Positions 57,713-64,000 of a stretch of 64,000 bases of DNA are shown here, piece by piece. The position numbers and the translations under genes are program-made. The stretch is from IMG/VR virus record IMGVR_UViG_3300028045_000001, positions 1 to 64,000 of that record; one strand, 5' to 3'. Every line of letters starts with the position of its first letter. The stretch's first letter is position 1. The notes below the pieces were generated by a model. The model was not told the origin of the DNA, ran no database searches, and saw only the letters and a program-made list of their open reading frames with translations.

Positions 57713-57757
57713 CGTGTCCCTGGCCGCACAAGTTAACAATTCTTATAGGAGAGCGAG

Positions 57758-58855
57758 ATGATTGGATTAGAGGATACATCACTGATAGATGTGGAGAGGG
57801 AACTAGAGAACTTACGGAATGCTTCGACTACGGTCAGTGACTTAACTCATACTGATGCTAACGAGGGTAGCCCGACTGGTGAGTCAGAGGATGTGGGCAT
57901 TCACGATGAGAGGAGTACTGGGGCTGTGCTGCTTGACGCCTACGCTGTGCTGCAGGAGTACTTGGAGTCGACTGGCATCGTTATCGCTATTCCACGTGAA
58001 ACTCTGTACAGTAACTTTATGACGCTCCGGGTGATACTGTGGCTTAGGAGGGTGTTCGATCGTGAGTTTCTGTTAGGGATCTTGCGATCGAACTCGGAAG
58101 TTCGGGAACTCTTAGAGTCGAGCATCATTGCCAGTGAGGACGAGGAGGTGGACGATGTGGAGGATGAGACAGACAGTGGGGAAGCTTACTCAGATCTTAT
58201 CTCAACTCTTATAGGGACACTCTACGATAACTACCCACTAAACTCAGACTTAAAGCAACTTATGGCACATGCCGATGAGATCGTCAACACTCCAGATTTT
58301 TTAGCTTATGTAGCGCATCTGTTAGAGGTTATAGTGGGAGAAGCTACTGCACCAGTTATCAACGACAGCAACATGGAGGAGTTTACCGAATACTTATCCG
58401 GGTTCAGTTCTAACCTTGACAGGCTGGGCGAGTTTATGGATAGCTACAGTAAGGAGTTTAAACGTAGGGACTGGAACATGGTACTTGGTCTGCTCCGTAA
58501 CTACCACCATGAAAAATACAACGGACCGCAGGCTGTTGCATTTATGTTCACATACAACAACGACGTAAATAAGTTCTATCATCCGCGAGCTCTTTTTCCT
58601 GCTGAGGAGGAGCACCGGCAGCATAGCAAGCACCACATAGAGTATTGGTTGAATAGTCCGGATAAAGAAATTCCAGAGCATGTCTTCGTTATGCTTGTGT
58701 TCGCCATAATGGACGATGTCCAGTTCGATCAAAGACTTGCTGCGGAAACCTTCAGTGGCATTGCAAGCAAGTATACTTTTCATGACGGATACATCGATGT
58801 GGCTTGGACCATACTTAACTACGAGTACACCAATCATATGGGGGACGCATCATAA
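57758..58855 (+). CDS. acidic hypothetical protein preceding the RNAP subunit
   Basis: RBS aggag; stop overlaps the start of the RNAP gene. Confidence 0.65.
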   Translation: MIGLEDTSLIDVERELENLRNASTTVSDLTHTDANEGSPTGESEDVGIHDERSTGAVLLDAYAVLQEYLESTGIVIAIPRETLYSNFMTLRVILWLRRVFDREFLLGILRSNSEVRELLESSIIASEDEEVDDVEDETDSGEAYSDLISTLIGTLYDNYPLNSDLKQLMAHADEIVNTPDFLAYVAHLLEVIVGEATAPVINDSNMEEFTEYLSGFSSNLDRLGEFMDSYSKEFKRRDWNMVLGLLRNYHHEKYNGPQAVAFMFTYNNDVNKFYHPRALFPAEEEHRQHSKHHIEYWLNSPDKEIPEHVFVMLVFAIMDDVQFDQRLAAETFSGIASKYTFHDGYIDVAWTILNYEYTNHMGDAS

Positions 58856-60078
58856 TGTTAACTAAGGAGCAGACCAACTATCTAATTAAAAATATCGAAC
58901 GGATGCCACTCAGAAGGTTTTTAATAGACACCTTTACCCCAAGAATACCGGGAGTAGATGATGATGTTTTTAAGATACCGCTGAGAGAAGAATTCATACT
59001 AACTAACGATATGATAATAAACTACAACGGCCCTCCTGTAAAAACAACGGTTCCTATCTTTATAGTAAATGTTATTATATTGGCTGTGCCTCTCAGATCC
59101 AGGGTTGATTATATCAATATGCCCTTCACGAACGCTGTCATAGATAAGATGCAGGACCGCATCATAGACCTTCTTATAGAAAGCTCTAATAATCCTGACA
59201 TAGATCCAGAGTTAAAGATGGACGTTAAAATGTTTTATCATCACTACGATAGCTTAGCGTATATAGGGCATTTTTCAGAGTTAGCTACGTCTGCATATAG
59301 TAAAAAATCTTTAACTACATCTCCTGCTGTGATAGCCAGAGCAAAAGAACTGTATGAGAAACATAAGCATGAGTTAGATGATCCGCGAGTTGTTGTGGCC
59401 ATAGAAGATGAATTGATATCTATGGATAAAGATTGGTTAAAGGGGGATGTAGGATCGGTGTTCTTTGAGTCACTGGGTGCCAAGGGGTACGATATCCATA
59501 GGAAATCATTATTTATAACACAGGGAGCCATACTTAAGTTTGACAAGCAAGGAACGGAGACCTCTGTAGTAAAGCCCCCACTTCATGACGGCTGGGATAA
59601 AAAGGATTTTGTATCTATAGTCAATAATATTAGAAGAGGGTCGTATGGTCGAGCTAACTCGACACAGCAAGGTGGGTATCTGACCAAGATCATGTATCGA
59701 GTATACTCTTCTGTGAAAATAAATATAGAAGATTGTGGTACTAAGAAGGGGATCAAGTTAGTACTGACAGAGCCAGATAAATACATTGGGAGGTTCATAA
59801 CTAAGAATGGAAAAACGATACCATTGACAAGCGATAATGTGGGATCATACGTAGGTAAGGAAATAACAGTAAGGGATCCATTTTATTGTGAGGCCGACCC
59901 TGGGTTCTGTTTTCATTGCATGACTGACGTGGCAAAGGCGATAGGTGCAGATGTCATAGTGAGTCAAGTGAGTGGGATCGGCTCCACTATATTACAAACA
60001 TCTATGAAGGCCATGCATGGGGTCAAACAAAAAGTTTTAACGATCGACTACAAGGATTACTTTATCGATATAGAGTAG
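58855..60078 (+). CDS. split RNA polymerase beta' C-terminal subunit (virion RNAP, phiKZ gp80-like)
   Basis: Bridge-helix-like RRGSYGRANSTQQGGYLTK; EDCGT; Zn-site VRDPFYC...FC.HC; trigger-loop-like QTSMKAMHG. Confidence 0.8.
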   Translation: MLTKEQTNYLIKNIERMPLRRFLIDTFTPRIPGVDDDVFKIPLREEFILTNDMIINYNGPPVKTTVPIFIVNVIILAVPLRSRVDYINMPFTNAVIDKMQDRIIDLLIESSNNPDIDPELKMDVKMFYHHYDSLAYIGHFSELATSAYSKKSLTTSPAVIARAKELYEKHKHELDDPRVVVAIEDELISMDKDWLKGDVGSVFFESLGAKGYDIHRKSLFITQGAILKFDKQGTETSVVKPPLHDGWDKKDFVSIVNNIRRGSYGRANSTQQGGYLTKIMYRVYSSVKINIEDCGTKKGIKLVLTEPDKYIGRFITKNGKTIPLTSDNVGSYVGKEITVRDPFYCEADPGFCFHCMTDVAKAIGADVIVSQVSGIGSTILQTSMKAMHGVKQKVLTIDYKDYFIDIE

Positions 60079-60181
60079 CGGGTATGTGACCCTTATAATT
60101 TTATAAACTTATTATATAAATGGCCATATTCGTGATTCGCTTTACATAACAAAGAATGATACATTTAAAGGAGACAATACC

Positions 60182-60889
60182 ATGACGGGTACATCTACAA
60201 AAAAAATAACTCCGACTGTACAGGCTACGACTGGAGTACCGGCAGCAGGCGAGAACAAGGAAGGAGACAAGGGCAGGGAGAAATCGAGTGTCGGTACCCC
60301 TACTTTTGAAACTACAAAAAAGGGGGAGGATGCACTAAAGGATCTACCGCATATGTCCCAATTGATTCCTCCAAAGAATCCTATCAGTAACATACCGCCA
60401 ACTCCGAGGTCTACGCCACCGGTGCATCCCAATACCGGAGCAACAAAGTCTCCGGTCAAAAGTAAGGAGTATGTGGCATACAAAAGATGCATAGAGCAAA
60501 TAACAATTGCATTTGACGCGAAGAAAAAAGCGATCCCAAGTACAAGACGAACGATCCTAAGTAACTGGGCTACAGAATTGAACAAGCTCGTGACAATTTT
60601 AACAACCACCTCAGATACAAAAGTACTCGAGGCGTTCTTGGAATTTGTCGATGCTAACCGACGCCCTGGAAAATGCCTTCATAGCGATGAAGTGTTCTCA
60701 TATGTTTCCAGACAGTTCCCAGCAACTCAGGTTGACAAGATTGCTGTCACCATCACATCCTTTGTGGCACTCGCAGAATTCTACGAGAAAAAGGCAATCA
60801 ATAAGGCTGCAGTCTTCCGTATCGATACTGAACGCATTGCCGCAATAACTGGTTCGGAGACAATCGCTGGATACTTGACGACCGATTAA
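60182..60889 (+). CDS. hypothetical protein with Pro/Thr-rich N-terminus
   Basis: RBS aaggag; low-complexity N-terminal half. Confidence 0.6.
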   Translation: MTGTSTKKITPTVQATTGVPAAGENKEGDKGREKSSVGTPTFETTKKGEDALKDLPHMSQLIPPKNPISNIPPTPRSTPPVHPNTGATKSPVKSKEYVAYKRCIEQITIAFDAKKKAIPSTRRTILSNWATELNKLVTILTTTSDTKVLEAFLEFVDANRRPGKCLHSDEVFSYVSRQFPATQVDKIAVTITSFVALAEFYEKKAINKAAVFRIDTERIAAITGSETIAGYLTTD

Positions 60890-60915
60890 CCCTTCTCATA
60901 TCGTGAGGTGAGTCT

Positions 60916-61365
60916 ATGCAAGAGGTAGAGCAACTTAAAAAGACAGTGCCTTACTTTATGGATAAGGCAGACAACACTATCGACAAAACTACTGTCATCA
61001 GAGATAAGATGATAGAGTCTATGTCAGATGTTGTGTTAAACATGAAATGGGATCCAGATGCCGATTCTGTTGGAAAGACAGAAGTTAAAGTCGGAATGAT
61101 GAATTCTCTTGATTCATTATTAAAGAACCAAGAGAAGGTCAGACTTAATAGAGCTAAATTATCTCTTCAGGATAAGACCAATGAATTTTTACAAGATGTA
61201 AGTAGAGACCTAACGGCCATCCTTCCTAAAATTAACCTGCAATCACTACTCGATAGCAGGGACAGTCTGACAGGTGACGAGATGGATACGGTGATTGAAC
61301 AAGCGTTCAAAGAATCCGGATTAACCATCAAGTCAGCTGAGTTGGAGGATGATCCAACAAAGTAA
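60916..61365 (+). CDS. hypothetical protein
   Basis: RBS gaggtg; 149 aa. Confidence 0.6.
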   Translation: MQEVEQLKKTVPYFMDKADNTIDKTTVIRDKMIESMSDVVLNMKWDPDADSVGKTEVKVGMMNSLDSLLKNQEKVRLNRAKLSLQDKTNEFLQDVSRDLTAILPKINLQSLLDSRDSLTGDEMDTVIEQAFKESGLTIKSAELEDDPTK

Positions 61366-61529
61366 AACGGGACATGTTAAGGCGAGCTCCTCCCGTCTGG
61401 GAAGAGCTTGTTTAAGCATGCCTCCAATCATTAAAAAGTATTTATTATAATAGCCACCGATTCTCTTGTAAAAATTCTATAGATGCGATAGAATGAATTA
61501 ATAATGGTTTAAGGTAGAATAGGTGAATA

Positions 61530-62057
61530 ATGAGTCATTCCAAGGACGATGTGCCGAAGAATGGTACAGAATCATCTGCCATACTTTCTTTAAGGGGGGC
61601 GGTTAGGCAGAAATTAAATTATTTTAAAGGTCTAAGTAATATAATAAAGACGATCGACGACTCAATAGAAGATTTAAATGTTACAGAAGTCACAACTACA
61701 ATGGAGGGCATGTATCAAGAAGTCGTGTATGAGAAAATGAGGTTTTTTTCTGATGTGACAAATGTACAGAGAGCAATAGAAGTGAAAAATATCGAATTGT
61801 CTGTAATCGCAAAGATTAAACAAGCTGAAAGTAGGTGTAAGAGATTACTTATGCTGGTTGAAAAATTACTTGCCTACATAGGAAAAACTACCTCTAAGAT
61901 TAAGAAAGCGAATAATATTAATGGGAAGTCGTATATGGGTACGGTCACTTTAATTGACCGTACAAATGAACTGAGTCTAAAAATAGATATACTGTTAAAT
62001 GACATTACTGCAGTATTCGAAAGACTCATCGGCGTATTGCACGCAGACAACATTTAA
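61530..62057 (+). CDS. hypothetical coiled-coil protein
   Basis: RBS aggtg; heptad-rich. Confidence 0.6.
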   Translation: MSHSKDDVPKNGTESSAILSLRGAVRQKLNYFKGLSNIIKTIDDSIEDLNVTEVTTTMEGMYQEVVYEKMRFFSDVTNVQRAIEVKNIELSVIAKIKQAESRCKRLLMLVEKLLAYIGKTTSKIKKANNINGKSYMGTVTLIDRTNELSLKIDILLNDITAVFERLIGVLHADNI

Positions 62058-62080
62058 ATGTTGTGCTATTAAACTTACCT

Positions 62081-62114
62081 ACTGACACGAGTCTCATATG
62101 AGACTCGTGTCAGT
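62081..62114 (+). terminator. 34-bp perfect palindrome
   Basis: actgacacgagtctcat|atgagactcgtgtcagt. Confidence 0.7.
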
Positions 62115-62137
62115 GCAGGTCATCATCATTTCATTTA

Positions 62138-62145
62138 TATATTAC
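62138..62145 (+). promoter_or_regulatory. early promoter motif TATATTAC
   Basis: Exact motif after the palindrome. Confidence 0.6.
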
Positions 62146-62194
62146 TATTATGTATATACGTCACTTATATTAATTTTAACATAAGGAGAAAATT

Positions 62195-62548
62195 ATGGAT
62201 AAACTTGCAAAAGCTATCGTAGAAAGCACTAACGAACTATTTGGTCCAATGGCCGCTTTAGATAGAATGATGATGCTGGAGATAGCCACTTTAGAGACGA
62301 TAAAGGACACTCACATTAAGGGGGGCAGAGGATATGCGGGCGTAATTATGCCTACAAATGAATTCGGCGAGACAGCAGATATCATACTCGACCGCTCGGA
62401 CGCGCTTCTAAATAGTGAATATTGTCTTAAACTAAGTAGATTAAAACAAAAAGCTGTGTTGGATTTTTTGCCAAAGATACAAGCTTTTCTTGATGAGGCT
62501 GCGACACTATCTGATGAGGTAGAGAATCTTTTAAACAAGTTTAAATAA
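62195..62548 (+). CDS. hypothetical protein
   Basis: RBS aaggag. Confidence 0.6.
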   Translation: MDKLAKAIVESTNELFGPMAALDRMMMLEIATLETIKDTHIKGGRGYAGVIMPTNEFGETADIILDRSDALLNSEYCLKLSRLKQKAVLDFLPKIQAFLDEAATLSDEVENLLNKFK

Positions 62549-62578
62549 AGGGTGCGAATAGATCACAAGGAATGAGTA

Positions 62579-62836
62579 ATGGGAATCGTAAAGGAAAGTA
62601 AAGCACTTCTATTTAAGTTAGATGATAATGCGATAAAGATCAGAGATATATTAATGCGGGTCTGTAAGGATAAAGAACAGTATCCGGACTCTTGTAAGGT
62701 ACAATCCGAACTCGAAGAGATATATAGGCAAATCGCAATAGAGAGAGATGATCTACTGGACTTACAGCGTGAGATATCTGAAAGACTGACTACCTTAGTA
62801 CAGTGGCATAGATATGGATTTTCAAAGTACGAATAA
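62579..62836 (+). CDS. small coiled-coil protein
   Basis: Operonic; heptad pattern. Confidence 0.55.
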   Translation: MGIVKESKALLFKLDDNAIKIRDILMRVCKDKEQYPDSCKVQSELEEIYRQIAIERDDLLDLQREISERLTTLVQWHRYGFSKYE

Positions 62837-62863
62837 AATGAATTAGCTGAGGAGGGAGGTGCC

Positions 62864-63955
62864 ATGAAAACAGACACTAACGCGTTCATAACAAAGTGGG
62901 AAGGCGAACAGATCGAACTGCCGTTAGATCCAGATGGAACATATGACTTCACAGTAGATTGGGGAGATGGTACATCGAACCGCATAACCGAGCATGATCA
63001 AAAAGAAATTATACATGGTTATGAGGATGGCCAGGTAGCGCATGAAGTAGTTATATCGGGAGTTATAGAAGGGTTTGGGTATAGGGGTCTCCATATGCAC
63101 GATTACGAGTTAACTAAAGGCATATTACTCGATGTCCTACAGTGGGGAGATGTTAAGTTACATAATAGAGGGAGTCAGTTTGACCATTGCACAGAACTAA
63201 AAGGCTTCAGCGCTAAGGATGTTCCAGATTTATCTAATGTCACTAATATGGGTGGGATGTTCTATGGAGCTTCATCATTCAACCAAGACATCTCTAACTG
63301 GGACGTAAGTAATGTAACTGATATGATAGGCATGTTCGGTTACGCCACATCATTCAATCAAGACATCTCTAACTGGGATGTGAGTAGCGTAACTGACATG
63401 GGTGCGATGTTCTCTGACACTTTACGCTTCAACCAAGATATCTCCGATTGGGATGTTAGTAACGTTATTGGCATGCACAGTATGTTCCATAACGCTACCT
63501 CCTTCAACCAAAATTTATCTAATTGGGATGTGAGTAATGTGGGTGATATGGGATTTATGTTCTATGGAGCTACATCCTTCGATCAGGACATATCTAACTG
63601 GGATGTGAGTAAGGTTACTTATATGGGATTTATGTTCCATGGAGCTACCTCGTTCAACCAAGATATCTCTAAGTGGAATGTTGGCAATGTCACTAATGTA
63701 GACTGCATGTTTCTCAAAGCTTCATCCTTCAACCAATCCATCTCTAACTGGGATGTGAGTAATGTTACTAGTATGTCGGGTATGTTCGCTAAAGCTTCAT
63801 CCTTCAACCAAGATATCTCCAACTGGGATGTTGGAAATGTTACTAATATGGAGGGCATGTTCGGTGAGGCTTCATCCTTCAACCAAGACATCTCTAAATG
63901 GAACATCAGTGATGCTGCTGCTGACACATGTAATATATATGGCGATAAATCATAA
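62864..63955 (+). CDS. BspA/DUF285 leucine-rich-repeat protein
   Basis: MKTDTNAFITKWEG...VDWGDG domain nearly identical to 20181; 8 full plus 1 partial 25-aa repeats. Confidence 0.9.
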   Translation: MKTDTNAFITKWEGEQIELPLDPDGTYDFTVDWGDGTSNRITEHDQKEIIHGYEDGQVAHEVVISGVIEGFGYRGLHMHDYELTKGILLDVLQWGDVKLHNRGSQFDHCTELKGFSAKDVPDLSNVTNMGGMFYGASSFNQDISNWDVSNVTDMIGMFGYATSFNQDISNWDVSSVTDMGAMFSDTLRFNQDISDWDVSNVIGMHSMFHNATSFNQNLSNWDVSNVGDMGFMFYGATSFDQDISNWDVSKVTYMGFMFHGATSFNQDISKWNVGNVTNVDCMFLKASSFNQSISNWDVSNVTSMSGMFAKASSFNQDISNWDVGNVTNMEGMFGEASSFNQDISKWNISDAAADTCNIYGDKS

Positions 63956-63957
63956 CA

Positions 63958-63991
63958 TCATAGAGACGGCATTAGACTGCCGTCTCTATGA
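63958..63991 (+). terminator. intergenic hairpin
   Basis: 14-bp stem tcatagagacggca/tgccgtctctatga. Confidence 0.7.
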
Positions 63992-64000
63992 AACCCAGTA

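Noticed and set aside
990-63927. Many short opposite-strand or alternate-frame ORFs in the track (e.g. 990-1403, 9720-10301, 30927-31481, 48123-48632, 63619-63927)
   Set aside because: They lie inside longer genes with recognisable motifs, lack RBSs, and are shadows of codon bias or repeat periodicity
1-64000. Stop-codon reassignment (TAG recoding)
   Set aside because: Long conserved genes are intact in the standard code, and TAG ends genes directly before terminator hairpins or the next gene (e.g. 12365, 22086, 35602, 60078)
1-64000. Canonical tRNA, tmRNA or rRNA genes
   Set aside because: No segment with a proper acceptor stem, D/T loops (GTTCRA) and anticodon arm found by eye; the GGTTCG at 55843 lacks the rest of a cloverleaf
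1-64000. Transposases, integrases, introns or inteins
   Set aside because: No DDE, tyrosine or serine recombinase motifs and no intein termini recognised; the polymerase and RNAP fragments read as uninterrupted ORFs

Overview
This window reads as about 64 kb of an AT-rich, phiKZ-like (nucleus-forming-type) jumbo phage genome. Supporting hallmarks are an SNF2-like helicase, six paralogous internal-head-type proteins, a block of phiKZ-type virion genes including a probable baseplate wedge, a split family-B DNA polymerase (palm half), the C-terminal fragment of a split RNA polymerase beta' subunit, RNase HI, a divergent GroEL-like chaperonin, and repeated TATAT(T/A)AC early-promoter motifs placed after long intergenic hairpins. 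The most unusual part is an accessory island at about 11.7-21.5 kb. It holds six LapG-like (BTLCP) cysteine-protease lipoproteins, of which four keep the Cys-His-Asp triad and two closely related copies lack the Cys; an active/inactive pair of astacin metalloproteases; and a DUF285/BspA repeat protein. Other leads are a catalytically dead DHH protein beside macro and HD domain genes, a recurring V-S-L-Q motif where phiKZ-type head proteins carry the S/A/G-X-E maturation site, and several strongly base-paired intergenic segments at 55.8-57.7 kb that look like ncRNAs. All family assignments come from motifs recognised by eye; no searches or folding programs were run, and the host cannot be determined from this window.
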